In this document: in pieces, positions 8,998 through 18,538 of the stretch
How the letters are laid out: each line of letters starts with the position of its first letter
Numbering within the stretch: the first letter of the stretch is position 1
Assembly (NCBI GenBank): GCA_046566765.1
Contig: JBKHWA010000044.1
Coordinates: 471-64,470, forward strand
Length of the DNA stretch: 64,000 bases
From: Gammaproteobacteria bacterium
Lineage (GTDB): Bacteria > Pseudomonadota > Gammaproteobacteria > Pseudomonadales > JADFDG01
Reading direction: 5' to 3'
Notes under the pieces: model-generated
The model's database searches: none
What the model saw: only the letters and a program-made list of their open reading frames with translations
Told to the model about the DNA's origin: nothing
Made by a program: the position numbers and the translations under genes

Positions 8998-9555
8998 TCA
9001 GAACACCCGGCTCCACGCCAGCCCGAGCCCGACCGCCAGCCCGGCCAGGTGCGACTCCCACGAGGTGCGTGCCTTGCCAGGCAAAACGCCCCACAACATG
9101 CCCGAGTACAGCACCAGCAGCAGCACGCTCACCGCCAGGTAAGTGACGTTGCCGGCGAGGAAGCCGGCCAGCGCAAGATAGCCGAACAGGCCGTAGATCA
9201 GCCCGCTGGCACCGATGTGGTTGGCGCGCCGCGCTACCAGCCAGACCAGCAGCCCGCTGCCGGCGACGATGGCGGCAACGATCCACCAGAACGATTGCGG
9301 CTGCAGTTGCCCGAGCAGGAACGCGAGCACGCACAGCGGCAGGAAGTTGGCGGCGAAATGCGCGAGGTCGTCGTGCAGCAGCGGCGCGAACAGGATGCCG
9401 GCCAGCGAGCCGCCCTCGCGCGGCACGATGCCCAGCCCGTTCAGCTTGCGGAAGGCGACCAGGTTGAGCAGTTCCGCCAGCAGCACCGCCAGCACGAGGT
9501 AGAGGCCGGGGCCGAGGTAACGTTCGGCGGCCTGCAGGTGCTGGAAATATTCCAT
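8998..9555 (-). CDS. rhomboid family intramembrane serine protease
   Basis: ORF 8998..9669 trimmed to MEYFQHLQAA (ATG at 9555). Six TM spans, the catalytic Ser motif HIGASGLIYG and a downstream His (SHLAG). Confidence 0.8.
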   Translation of the reverse strand: MEYFQHLQAAERYLGPGLYLVLAVLLAELLNLVAFRKLNGLGIVPREGGSLAGILFAPLLHDDLAHFAANFLPLCVLAFLLGQLQPQSFWWIVAAIVAGSGLLVWLVARRANHIGASGLIYGLFGYLALAGFLAGNVTYLAVSVLLLVLYSGMLWGVLPGKARTSWESHLAGLAVGLGLAWSRVF

Positions 9556-9571
9556 CGGCAAGGCGCGGAGA

Positions 9572-10609
9572 TTATTCCGCCACCCGCCACTGCAGCTCGC
9601 GGCCGGCCCAGAACGGCACGATGTCGCCGTCGAGGTAGTCGTAGCGTTCCGGCACCGTCCACGGTTCACGCTTCAGGGTGATTTTCGCGGTGTTGCGCGG
9701 CAGGCGGTAGAAATCCGCGCCGTAATGGCTGGCGAATCCTTCCAGCTTGTCCAGCGCGCCGGCCCGGTCGAAGAACTCCGCGTACAGCGGCAGCGCTGCC
9801 GGCGCCGAGTAGCAGCCGGCGCAGCCGCAGGCATTCTCCTTGGCGTGGCGCGCGTGCGGCGCCGAATCGGTACCGAGGAAGAAGCGCGGGCTGCCGCTCA
9901 CCGCCACTTTCTGCAGCGCCTCCTGGTGCGTGCGGCGCTTGAGCACCGGCAGGCAGTAGTGGTGCGGGCGCAGGCCGCCGGTGAACAGGTCGTTGCGGTT
10001 CATCAGCAGGTGTTGCGGGGTGATCGTCGCGGCGATGCCCTCGCGCGCGCCGAGCACGAACTGTGCCGCCTCGGCGGTGGTGATGTGCTCGAACACGATA
10101 CGCAGGTCCGGGAAGCGTTCGCTGATCGGCAGCAGGTGCCGGTCGAGGAATACTTTCTCGCGGTCGAACACGTCGACCGACGGCTCCGTCACCTCGCCGT
10201 GCACCAGCAGCGGCAGGCCGATGTCCTGCATCGCCTCCAGCACCGGGAAAATTCGCTCCATGGCGGTGACGCCGCCGTGCGAATTGGTGGTGGCGCCCGC
10301 CGGGTACAGCTTGCAGGCGGTGAGGATGCCCGCCAGCTTGCCGGCGCGCACGTCGCCGGGATCGCTGCCGTCGGTGAGGTACAGCACCATCAGCGGATCG
10401 AACCGCATGCCGGCGGGAATCGCGGCACGGATGCGCGCGCGGTATTCACCGGCCAGCGCACTGGTGGTCACCGGCGGTACCAGGTTTGGCATGCAGATCG
10501 CGCGGCCGAATACCTGCGCGGTCGGCGGCACCACGGCCCGCAGCGCGGCGCCGTCGCGGAAATGCAGGTGCCAGTCGTCGGGACGGGTGATGGTCAGCGT
10601 GTCGGTCAT
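9572..10609 (-). CDS. pyrC: dihydroorotase (homodimeric type)
   Basis: 345 aa. Contains [20 protein letters not shown] (HxH metal site), a carbamylated Lys context ([13 protein letters not shown]) and FLGTDSAPH. This is a typical PyrC. Confidence 0.95.
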   Translation of the reverse strand: MTDTLTITRPDDWHLHFRDGAALRAVVPPTAQVFGRAICMPNLVPPVTTSALAGEYRARIRAAIPAGMRFDPLMVLYLTDGSDPGDVRAGKLAGILTACKLYPAGATTNSHGGVTAMERIFPVLEAMQDIGLPLLVHGEVTEPSVDVFDREKVFLDRHLLPISERFPDLRIVFEHITTAEAAQFVLGAREGIAATITPQHLLMNRNDLFTGGLRPHHYCLPVLKRRTHQEALQKVAVSGSPRFFLGTDSAPHARHAKENACGCAGCYSAPAALPLYAEFFDRAGALDKLEGFASHYGADFYRLPRNTAKITLKREPWTVPERYDYLDGDIVPFWAGRELQWRVAE

Positions 10610-10615
10610 GTGCTC

Positions 10616-11677
10616 TCAGCCTGTTCGGGAACGCGGCGCGGATTTCTCCGCGTCCTGCTTGCGTTTGCGGTACTCCACCGGCGTCTCGCCCACCCAGCGC
10701 TTGAACGCGCGGTAGAAGGTGCTGGGCTCGGAGAAGCCGGTGAGATAAACGATCTGGTCGATGGTCTCGTCGGTGCGCGCCAGCAGGTGCTTGGCGAGCC
10801 GGCATCGGTAATCGGCGAGCACCTGGTTGAAACTGGTTTCCGCCTCGGCCAGCCGCGTGCGCAGCGCGCGCGGCTTGATGCCGAGCCGGGCGGCAACCTG
10901 CTCGAGGCTGACCTCGCCCTCCTCCAGGCTCTCGCCGATGATCCGCTTCACCTCGGCCACGAGATCGCGCCGCTCCAGTTCGGCGACGCGCTCGCTGGCC
11001 ACCTGCTCGTGCAGGCGCAGCAATTCCGGCTCCGCGTGCGGCGACGGCCGCGCCAGTACCAGCCGGTCGAAATAAACGCGGTTTTCGCCGGCACCGAGTT
11101 CGACCGGGCACCCGAACACGCGCTGGTAATCGGCCGGCGCCGAGCCCTGCGTGTGGCGGAACGTGACGCGCTCCGGTACGAATGCGCCCTCGGTGATGTG
11201 CTGGAAGAAGCGCACGAGGCCGATGGCGACGCATTCCACCGTCTGCCGGGGAACAGCCTTGCTGGCGGCGCCCTGGCTGCCGGCGCCATCAATCGATCCG
11301 AACGCGAGGTAACACTCGCCGGGATTCAGTTCGAGCCGCGAGTCGACCGCATCGGACAGCAACCGCTGGTACTTCTGCGCGCGCTTGAGGCCGTCGCCGA
11401 AAGTCGGGCTGGACAGGAACAGGTATTCGAGCACCTGGCCACGGAACACCGGCAGGTGCTCGCCGAGCCGCAGCGCGGCGTCCGGCTGGCCGGAGACCTC
11501 TTCCACCGCCTGCCAGAACAGCCGGTGCCCGGCGTGCGGCGTGCGCAGGCCGGCGTCGTCGAGCTGGCTGGCGGCCATGCCGATGCGATTGAGCACGGCC
11601 TCGGCATCCACCCCGGCGCTGCGCATCGCCTGGTAGATCATCCGCAGGACCACGACCCCGTCGGTCAGCTCGCTCAT
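10616..11677 (-). CDS. AraC/XylS family transcriptional regulator
   Basis: ORF 10616..11848 trimmed to MSELTDGVVVLRMIYQAM (ATG at 11677). C-terminal double HTH (IDQIVYLTGFSEPSTFYRAFKRWVGETPVEYRK). The stop lies only 6 nt upstream of the pyrC ATG. Confidence 0.85.
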   Translation of the reverse strand: MSELTDGVVVLRMIYQAMRSAGVDAEAVLNRIGMAASQLDDAGLRTPHAGHRLFWQAVEEVSGQPDAALRLGEHLPVFRGQVLEYLFLSSPTFGDGLKRAQKYQRLLSDAVDSRLELNPGECYLAFGSIDGAGSQGAASKAVPRQTVECVAIGLVRFFQHITEGAFVPERVTFRHTQGSAPADYQRVFGCPVELGAGENRVYFDRLVLARPSPHAEPELLRLHEQVASERVAELERRDLVAEVKRIIGESLEEGEVSLEQVAARLGIKPRALRTRLAEAETSFNQVLADYRCRLAKHLLARTDETIDQIVYLTGFSEPSTFYRAFKRWVGETPVEYRKRKQDAEKSAPRSRTG

Positions 11678-11850
11678 TGCGCTCCCTGGATTGCGCTTCC
11701 CGGATCCGGGTGCCGGATCGGGATTGGTTGCAGCGCCGCAACGGTGCGGCAGCGCTGCCATGACACGCCATGGTAGCCGACTATAATGGCCGCCGCCCGC
11801 GCGGGCCGCATGCCGTCCCGCCCGCCCCGTCCGCATCACCGGAGTCATGC

Positions 11851-12720
11851 ATGACCACCCTGATCACGCGCGAACTGAAAGCACCGACCCCGACGCTGAC
11901 GCTGTACCGCCGCGCCCTGCTGGGCAAGAAACATTCCGGCGAGAAAAAACTGCCGGCGGTGGCGGTGTCGCTGCGCGACCAGCACGCCGACCCGAAGCGG
12001 CTGGAACTGTTCAACCAGGCCTGCGGCTACCTGTCCGGCCGCGAGCTGCCGGCGGTCTATCCGCACCTGCTCGCGTTCCCGTTGCACCTCGAGCTGATGA
12101 CCACCGACCAGGGTTTTCCCTTCCCGCTGCTGGGCACGGTGCACATCGCCAACAGCTTCACCCGGTACCGGCCGATCAGCATCAACGAGTCGCTCGATCT
12201 CCACTGCCGCTTCGGCGAGCTGGAAGCGCACGACAAGGGCACCGCGTTCAGCGTGATCACCGAGGTCACGGTAAAGGGCAAGAAAGTCTGGGAAAGCACC
12301 AGCACCATGCTGTCGCGCCACCCGGTGCCGGGCGGCGACAGGAAGGAAGCCGTGCCGGAGGACGACCTGAAGAACGCCGCGCGCGAGACCTGGCACGTGC
12401 CGTCCGACATGGGTCGCCGCTACGGCGCCGCTTCCGGCGACCGCAACCCGATCCACCTGTGGCCGCTCACCGCGAAGGCGTTCGGCTTCCCGCGCCACAT
12501 CGTGCACGGCATGTGGACCAAGTCGCACGCGCTGGCCAAGCTGGCGCCGCAGATCGGCTCGCGCCCGTTCACCGTCGCCGTGGCCTTCAAGCTGCCGCTG
12601 TTCCTGCCGGCCGACGTTACCTTCCTGCAGCGCCAGGACGCCTCCGGCATCCGCTTCGACGTGCGCGACAAGGACGCGGTGAAGCCGCACCTGAAGGGCG
12701 CGATCAAGTTCCTCGACTGA
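11851..12720 (+). CDS. MaoC-like (R)-specific enoyl-CoA hydratase/dehydratase, double hot-dog (HtdX-like)
   Basis: ORF 11770..12720 trimmed to MTTLITRELK (ATG 11851, GGAG at 11841-11844). Hydratase-2 motif YGAASGDRNPIHLWPLTAKA. Confidence 0.85.
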   Translation: MTTLITRELKAPTPTLTLYRRALLGKKHSGEKKLPAVAVSLRDQHADPKRLELFNQACGYLSGRELPAVYPHLLAFPLHLELMTTDQGFPFPLLGTVHIANSFTRYRPISINESLDLHCRFGELEAHDKGTAFSVITEVTVKGKKVWESTSTMLSRHPVPGGDRKEAVPEDDLKNAARETWHVPSDMGRRYGAASGDRNPIHLWPLTAKAFGFPRHIVHGMWTKSHALAKLAPQIGSRPFTVAVAFKLPLFLPADVTFLQRQDASGIRFDVRDKDAVKPHLKGAIKFLD

Positions 12721-12732
12721 TCCGTCCGCAAT

Positions 12733-12761
12733 AAAAAACGGGCCCGCAGGGGCCCGTTTTT
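12733..12761. terminator. bidirectional rho-independent terminator
   Basis: Sequence is aaaaaa-cgggccc-gcag-gggcccg-ttttt, lying between convergent genes ending at 12720 (+) and 12777 (-). Confidence 0.75.
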
Positions 12762-12776
12762 CATTCCGCCGGACGA

Positions 12777-13043
12777 TCACGCCTTGTTGCGCTTCGCCTC
12801 GGCGGCCAGCCGCGCGTTTTCCGCCATCTCGAACAGGTCAGTGGCGGCCTCGCCCAGTTCGCGGTTGATGCCGCGGATGAGGTCGTAGACCGACTTGCGG
12901 TCGATCACGTCCTCGCCGCGGATCTCCTGCACGTGCTGCCGCGCGTAGTCGGCGATCATGTTGTGGATGCGCTCGATGCGTACGGTGCCACTGTCCACCG
13001 CCACCTGCAGCGTGTCCTTCAGCGACTCGACCTTCTCGATCAT
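12777..13043 (-). CDS. small (88 aa) helical hypothetical protein
   Basis: ORF 12777..13169 trimmed to MIEKVESLKDTLQ (ATG at 13043) with AAGGAG 7-12 nt upstream on the minus strand. It lies 70 nt downstream of the desaturase gene on the same strand. No family recognised. Confidence 0.55.
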   Translation of the reverse strand: MIEKVESLKDTLQVAVDSGTVRIERIHNMIADYARQHVQEIRGEDVIDRKSVYDLIRGINRELGEAATDLFEMAENARLAAEAKRNKA

Positions 13044-13113
13044 GCTGTTGCTCCTTTCTTTACTGCGAACGGGGCCTTGCTTCAAACGGGGCCTGGCTGC
13101 TGCCAACCGGCGA

Positions 13114-14256
13114 TCAGGCCGCCGCCGGCGAACCGCGACGCTCGCGGCGCGGCGGCAGTGCCAGCGCAAAGATGCGGCGAACCACGGTGCCGAACTGCTT
13201 CGTCATCGAGCCGGTGTTGTACGGCAGGCCGTACTGCTCGCACAGCGCGCGCACTTCCGGCGCGATCTCCGCGTAGCGGTGGCCCGGGATGTCCGGGAAC
13301 AGGTGATGCTCGATCTGGTGCGACAGGTTGCCGGTCATGATGTGCATCAGCTTGCCGCCCTCGATGTTGGCCGAGCCCAGCAACTGGCGCAGGTACCACT
13401 GGCCGCGCGATTCCTCGCGGCACTCTTCCTCGGTGAACATCGCGGTGCCGTCCGGGAAGTGGCCGCAGAAGATCACCGAGAACGCCCAGACGTTGCGCAC
13501 CACGTTGGCAGTCGCGTTGCCGAGCAGCACCGGCAGGAAGAACGGGCCGGCCAGCGCCGGGAACAGCAGGTAATCCTTCGCCACCTGCTTGCGCGCCTTC
13601 TTCCAGACGACTTTCAGCTCGGCCAGCGCCTGCTCGCGCGATTTCTCGCCGGACCAGACCTTCTCGGTCTCGATGTCGTGCAGCGCCACGCCCCACTGGA
13701 ACAGCAGCGCCAGCGCCAGCGCGTAGGCCGGGTTGCCGAGGTACTTCGGCTCCCACGGCTGCTCCTCGGCCATGCGCAGGATGCCGTAGCCGACATCGCG
13801 GTCCTTGCCGACGATGTTGGTGTAGGTGTGGTGCATGTAGTTGTGCGAGTGGCGCCAGGTGTCGCCCGGGCAGGCGGTGTCCCAGTCGTACTTGTTGCCG
13901 TTGATCGCCGGGTCCTTCATGAAGTCGTACTGGCCGTGCATGACGTTGTGGCCGATCTCCATGTTCTCGAGGATCTTGGAGACGGACAGCAGCGCGGTAC
14001 CGGCAAGCCAGGCCGGCGGCAGGATGCCGGCGAACAGCAGCGCGCGGCCACCGACTTCGCAGCGGCGCTGGATCTTCATCAGGTTGCGGATGTATTCGGC
14101 GTCGCGCTCGCCGAGATCGGCGATCGTCTTCTCGCGGATCGCGTCCAGCGCCGCGCCGAAGGCGTCGATGTCGGCCGCAGTGAGATGCGGGAAGCGCGCG
14201 CGGATGGTCGGGCTGACGGTGCGCGTCTGGTGCAGACTATTGTGGGCTGCGGTCAT
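13114..14256 (-). CDS. desB: membrane acyl-CoA (delta-9 type) fatty acid desaturase
   Basis: ORF 13114..14412 trimmed to MTAAHNSLHQTR (ATG at 14256). Histidine boxes HNVMHGQY, HSHNYMHH and HQIEHHLFP. Its position downstream of a ferredoxin-reductase partner matches P. aeruginosa desCB and mycobacterial DesA3/Rv3230c. The symbol is assigned by synteny. Confidence 0.88.
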   Translation of the reverse strand: MTAAHNSLHQTRTVSPTIRARFPHLTAADIDAFGAALDAIREKTIADLGERDAEYIRNLMKIQRRCEVGGRALLFAGILPPAWLAGTALLSVSKILENMEIGHNVMHGQYDFMKDPAINGNKYDWDTACPGDTWRHSHNYMHHTYTNIVGKDRDVGYGILRMAEEQPWEPKYLGNPAYALALALLFQWGVALHDIETEKVWSGEKSREQALAELKVVWKKARKQVAKDYLLFPALAGPFFLPVLLGNATANVVRNVWAFSVIFCGHFPDGTAMFTEEECREESRGQWYLRQLLGSANIEGGKLMHIMTGNLSHQIEHHLFPDIPGHRYAEIAPEVRALCEQYGLPYNTGSMTKQFGTVVRRIFALALPPRRERRGSPAAA

Positions 14257-14291
14257 GGTGGCGGTCTCCGTGTTCCTGTTTCGTTCCGTGA

Positions 14292-15428
14292 TCAGATGTC
14301 GAGCGTGACGTCGCCGACCGGGACGCTCACGCACAGCTGGATGTCGTCGCCGGGCTCGGTGGAGAGCTCGCCGGTGAGCACGTTCTTCGTCACGCCGGAT
14401 TTCTTGCTGCACTTGCAGCTCATGCAGATGCCCATGCGGCAGCCGGCGTCCGGCTTGAGGCCGGCGGCCTCAGCCTGGTCGAGCAGCGTGCGGCCGTCGC
14501 TGACCACGTAGCGCTCGGCGCGGGCGAAGCGGACTTCACCGCCCACCGCGTCGGCGGTGACCGCCGGCGTCTGCGCCACGAATTGCTCGACGTGCAGCTT
14601 CGCGGAGAGACCGCGGGCGGCGATGTCGGCGCGTACCGCGTCGATCAGCGCCTGCGGGCCGCAGACATAGATCTCGGCATCGGCGAGGTCGTCGGCCAAC
14701 GCATCGAGGTGCGCCGGCTGGTAGTGGCCGCTGAAATCGGCGCCGTCCGGGGTGGCGCGGGTCAGCGCGAAGCGCAGCGCGAGATTGCTGTTCGCCTCGG
14801 CAACGCGCTCCAGCTCGACGCCGAAGATCGCGTCGTCGTAGGTCGGGGTGTAATGCAGCATCGCGATGCGGCCGGCATAGCGCTCGTCGAGCAGCGTGCG
14901 CAGCATCGCCATGTTCGGGGTAATGCCGCTGCCGCCGGAGATGAGCACGATGCGGGTCGGCAGCGCACCGTTGAGCGCGGCTTCCGGCAGCGTGTAGTCG
15001 CCTTCCGCCTGCGACAGGGTGACGATCATCCCCGGCAGCGCACCGGCGCTCAGCGGGCCGGATACCTTGCCGCCCGGGACCGTCTTCACGGTGATGTCGA
15101 TCAGGCCGTCGGCGCGGCGGGCGGACGAGGAGATCGAGTAGCAGCGGCTGCGGCGGACACCGTCGAGGTCAACCGCGATGCGGACGTACTGGCCGGCGCG
15201 GGCGCCCAGCCAGTTGCCGTTCGGGCGCAGGCGGATGGTGGTGGCGTCGGCGGTCTCGCGGATGGTGTCGACCACCTCGGCGCGGACCTCGGACACCGAC
15301 CACAGCGGGTTGAACAGTTCGAGGTAACGGTCGACGCCGTGCGGGGTGGCCAGGGTGGCGACCAGGTCCGAGGCCAGCAGGCGGCGCAGCGGCGACGGCA
15401 GGCGGGGGGCGGTGGCGATGGCGTTCAT
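14292..15428 (-). CDS. desC: FAD/NAD(P)-binding ferredoxin reductase with C-terminal 2Fe-2S domain (desaturase electron donor)
   Basis: ORF 14292..15503 trimmed to MNAIATAPRL (ATG at 15428). FNR-like motifs RCYSISS and VLISGGSGITP. C-terminal plant-type ferredoxin cysteines CRMGICMSCKC. Confidence 0.88.
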   Translation of the reverse strand: MNAIATAPRLPSPLRRLLASDLVATLATPHGVDRYLELFNPLWSVSEVRAEVVDTIRETADATTIRLRPNGNWLGARAGQYVRIAVDLDGVRRSRCYSISSSARRADGLIDITVKTVPGGKVSGPLSAGALPGMIVTLSQAEGDYTLPEAALNGALPTRIVLISGGSGITPNMAMLRTLLDERYAGRIAMLHYTPTYDDAIFGVELERVAEANSNLALRFALTRATPDGADFSGHYQPAHLDALADDLADAEIYVCGPQALIDAVRADIAARGLSAKLHVEQFVAQTPAVTADAVGGEVRFARAERYVVSDGRTLLDQAEAAGLKPDAGCRMGICMSCKCSKKSGVTKNVLTGELSTEPGDDIQLCVSVPVGDVTLDI

Positions 15429-15507
15429 GGCGTGCTCCTCATCAACGGTAGTCGTGGACAGCTGGATCGGTGAACAACTGTGCACACAATACCGGGAACA
15501 CAAAATC

Positions 15508-15525
15508 AGTCAACACCTGTTCACT
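15508..15525. promoter_or_regulatory. candidate DesT/FabR-type operator (18-bp imperfect palindrome AGTCAACACCTGTTCACT)
   Basis: Half sites are AGTCAAC / AGTGAAC (reverse complement). It sits in the 205-bp divergent desC-desT intergenic region, 80 nt from the desC ATG. The layout AG-n3-ACAC-n-TGT-n3-CT resembles the E. coli fabB FabR site as I recall it. A weaker related repeat GTGAACAACTGTGCAC lies at 15470-15485. Confidence 0.5.
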
Positions 15526-15633
15526 AATATTTTTCTGGCCTTTACATATCAATAAGTTATGTAGTGAAATGCTTGTCACCCTTGTACACAGCAGGCCCCG
15601 AGCCCGCCCCAGACGCCTACCCGGACCCGTCCC

Positions 15634-16269
15634 ATGAGCCAGCCAGCCGGCCCGCGCGAGGAAAAAAAGCAGAAGACCCGGCAGACGCTGCTCGATGCGG
15701 CGCTGCACCTGCTGGAGGGCGAGCAGAGTTTTGCCAGCCTCAGCCTGCGCGAGGTCACCCGCGAGGCCGGCGTGGTGCCGACGGCGTTCTACCGGCACTT
15801 CCAGGACATGGACGAGCTGGGGCTGGCACTGGTCGACGAATCGGTGCACACGCTGCGGCAGATGATGCGGGCCGCGCGCGGCGGCCAGATGCCCACCGAG
15901 CAACTGATCCGCCGCTCGGTGGAAGTGTTCGTCGCCCACGTGCGGGCGAACTCGCGCTATTTCCACTTCCTGCTGCGCGAACGCGGCGGCGGCCGCCTTG
16001 CACTGCGCAATGCCATCCGCACCGAGGTGCGCCTGTTCGTCAGCGAACTGGCGACCGATCTCGCGCGCTTTCCCGCGCTCAACCGCTGGCCGACCGAAGA
16101 CCTGCAGATGATGGCCGGGCTGATCGTGGCGACGATGCTGAACGCGGTAACGGACATCCTCGACCTGCCCTCCGGGCGGCCGGAGGACGAGCGGGCGATG
16201 ATCCTGCTGCTGGAAAAGCAGTTGCGGCTGATCGTGCTCGGCGCCGGCCAGTGGAAACCCGGCGACTGA
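15634..16269 (+). CDS. desT: TetR family repressor of the DesT/FabR subfamily (unsaturated fatty-acid homeostasis)
   Basis: 211 aa. The N-terminal HTH region KTRQTLLDAALHLLEGEQSFASLSLREVTREAGVVPTAFYRHFQDMDELGLALVDES is nearly collinear with E. coli FabR as I remember it. Divergent from desCB. Confidence 0.85.
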   Translation: MSQPAGPREEKKQKTRQTLLDAALHLLEGEQSFASLSLREVTREAGVVPTAFYRHFQDMDELGLALVDESVHTLRQMMRAARGGQMPTEQLIRRSVEVFVAHVRANSRYFHFLLRERGGGRLALRNAIRTEVRLFVSELATDLARFPALNRWPTEDLQMMAGLIVATMLNAVTDILDLPSGRPEDERAMILLLEKQLRLIVLGAGQWKPGD

Positions 16270-16357
16270 AACCGGTCACGGGCCTGAAACGACGCGGCCC
16301 GGTCAGGGACCGGGCCGGGGTGTCAAAAAACGCGGGATTACGCGGGAAAAGGCGGTC

Positions 16358-16921
16358 CTAGCCCCAGTGCCGCACGCGGCCGGTGTCGACGTGCACGAAG
16401 TTTTCCTTCGCGTAGAAGCCGACACCGCCACGCTGCAGCGACCATGCGGCCGCACGGACCTTGTGCAGGTCGCGGCCGGGAATGCGGATATCGATGGCGA
16501 TGCCGTCCATGTGCAGGCTGCGCTTCGCCACCCCGCCGCCGCCGGTCTTGCGCAGCATGGCGTTGGTGGCCGGCGAGCGGTATCCGGAAATGATGTGCAC
16601 CTCGCCGGGCGCGTCGACGGCACGGGCGATGTCGCTGACCAGGTCGAGCACGCCGCGCGCCATCGGCGCCGCCGCGTTGGCGCGATGGTCGCGCAGGATG
16701 AAGTCGATCTCGTGCAGCGCATCGGCGTGGTACACGCCCTGCTCGAAGTAGGTGACGTCCAGTCGTTCGCCGGTGTGGGTGTTGTACAGGCGCAGGCGGC
16801 GGGACAACGGCGTGACGCCGGCCGGCGTCGCCGTGGCCCGCGCGGCCGACGGCAGCGCCAGCAGGCCGCCGGCGGCAAGGCCGGTCCCGAGAAACGCGCG
16901 ACGAGTGATGATCGTTTTCAT
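16358..16921 (-). CDS. DUF882 / peptidase M15A family (YcbK/MepK-like) Tat-exported peptidase
   Basis: C-terminal 187 codons of the 872-aa ORF 16358..18976, starting at MKTIITRRAFLGTGLAAGG (ATG at 16921, twin-arginine motif). Contains the motifs SGYRSPATN, SLHMDGIAIDI and FVHVD. The rest of the long ORF is antisense junk over the lipoprotein gene. Confidence 0.85.
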   Translation of the reverse strand: MKTIITRRAFLGTGLAAGGLLALPSAARATATPAGVTPLSRRLRLYNTHTGERLDVTYFEQGVYHADALHEIDFILRDHRANAAAPMARGVLDLVSDIARAVDAPGEVHIISGYRSPATNAMLRKTGGGGVAKRSLHMDGIAIDIRIPGRDLHKVRAAAWSLQRGGVGFYAKENFVHVDTGRVRHWG

Positions 16922-17095
16922 TGTTCTATCCGGGGCTGACCCGCCGGTGACGGGGAACGGCGACTGCGAACAGGGCGGATGATCGCATGCCACGGGCGCC
17001 GGAATCGTGACCCATGACACAACCGGGGTCGTGGATAACCGAGACAATCCCCGGCCCATACGCGATCCGCCCCGCCGGAACCACGGAGTCACCCG

Positions 17096-18421
17096 ATGTC
17101 CCGCCTGCTGCCACTCCCCGTCCTCTTTGCCCTGCTGCTGGCCGCCTGCGGCGGCGGTGGCGGTGGTGGCGGAACCCCGACCGCCCCGGTGACCGGCACC
17201 TACGCCCTGACCGTCTACCAGCCGGACGGCACCACGCCGCTGCCGGACGCGCGCGTCGCCGTTTTCAACGATGACGGCCAGTTCGTTGCGCTGGACGACA
17301 CCGGCGCCGACGGCGTGGCCAGCGTGCAGTTGCGCGCCGGCGTGTACACCGCCCGCGTCCAGGCCCAGGGCTACGAGCCGAGCCCGGCGGCCGGCGCGGT
17401 GGCGGTGCCGTTCACCATCGCCGGCGGCGCCACCTGGGCGGAATCGATCAGCCTGACCGCGCTCGCCGCCCCGGCGACCGTGGCCATCATCCGCGGCAAC
17501 GCCGATACCGCCGGCGCGCTGGTGGTAGCCAGCGACGGCGTGCAGGACATCGCCACCTCGACGTTCACCGACGCCAGCGGCAATTACGTGCTGTTCAACG
17601 TGCTGCCCGGCGACTACTCGGTGACCGCCTTCAAGGCCGGCTTCGAATCCGACGCCGTGCTGCAGACCGTGGCCGCGCTCGACGACGTGACGGTCGACCT
17701 GCAGGTGGTATCCCGCCCCGACCTCGCCACGCTCAGCGGCCACCTGACGTTCCTCTCGGCCACCAACGGCGTCGTCGACATCACCCTGCGCCACCCGCAG
17801 ACGCTGGACAGCATCCCCGGCCTGTCGACGCTGAACAGCGGCACGTCCTACGCGCTGGCCGGCGTGCCGCCCGGCAATTACCTCGCCTGGGCAACGCTCG
17901 ACAACGACGGCTACGTGATGGATCCCGACTGGATCAACAAGAACGGCGGCTATCCGGCGGCGCTGGCGGTCACCGTCGGCAGCACCAGCCTGGTCAAGGA
18001 TTTCTCGATCACCGACGCGGTGACGCCGGACTCGCCGACCAACACCGCCAGCAGCGTGGTGCCGGTGGTGGTCACCACCACGACGCCGACCTTCAACTGG
18101 TCGAGCTACCCGCAGGCCAAGCAGTACGTCGTCGAGGTGCTGGACCTGGCGGGCAACAGCCTCTGGGGCGGCTATGACTTCGACGACCTCACCGACAACT
18201 CGACCTTCCGCCACGCGCTGATCGGCACCAGCACCAGTGCGCAGTACGACTTCGACGCCACGGCGACACAGCCGCTGGTCGACGGTGGCGTCTACCTGTG
18301 GCGGGTGTACGCGTTCCGCGATGGCACCGGCGCCGACGGCCCGGCGGTCGATTACGTGGCGATTTCCTCCAGCGAAGAGCAGATGGGCCTGTTCCGGGTG
18401 GAACTGCCGCCGCCGCCCTGA
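17096..18421 (+). CDS. lipoprotein with repeated carboxypeptidase-regulatory-like (beta-sandwich) domains
   Basis: 441 aa with ACGGAG RBS at 17083-17088. Lipobox LLAAC is followed by a Gly8 linker. At least two repeats have the pattern G.Y.L...PG.Y.V.A...G(F/Y)E typical of CarboxypepD_reg-like domains. Confidence 0.75.
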   Translation: MSRLLPLPVLFALLLAACGGGGGGGGTPTAPVTGTYALTVYQPDGTTPLPDARVAVFNDDGQFVALDDTGADGVASVQLRAGVYTARVQAQGYEPSPAAGAVAVPFTIAGGATWAESISLTALAAPATVAIIRGNADTAGALVVASDGVQDIATSTFTDASGNYVLFNVLPGDYSVTAFKAGFESDAVLQTVAALDDVTVDLQVVSRPDLATLSGHLTFLSATNGVVDITLRHPQTLDSIPGLSTLNSGTSYALAGVPPGNYLAWATLDNDGYVMDPDWINKNGGYPAALAVTVGSTSLVKDFSITDAVTPDSPTNTASSVVPVVVTTTTPTFNWSSYPQAKQYVVEVLDLAGNSLWGGYDFDDLTDNSTFRHALIGTSTSAQYDFDATATQPLVDGGVYLWRVYAFRDGTGADGPAVDYVAISSSEEQMGLFRVELPPPP

Positions 18422-18538
18422 CCCGGGCTCGCCGCCGCCCCGGGAGCACGTTCCCGCCCCCGGGGCCGGCCGGTACACTGTGCGCCGCTTCCGGCCGGCC
18501 CTCCGCCGGCCCGGCCCGCCCCGTACCGAGAGAGCTCC

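Noticed and set aside
17140-17175. The Gly8-coding stretch in the lipoprotein gene as a slippage-prone simple-sequence repeat or phase-variation tract.
   Set aside because: It is encoded by mixed GGC/GGT codons (ggcggcggtggcggtggtggcgga), not a homopolymer or a perfect repeat. It is a typical flexible lipoprotein tether.
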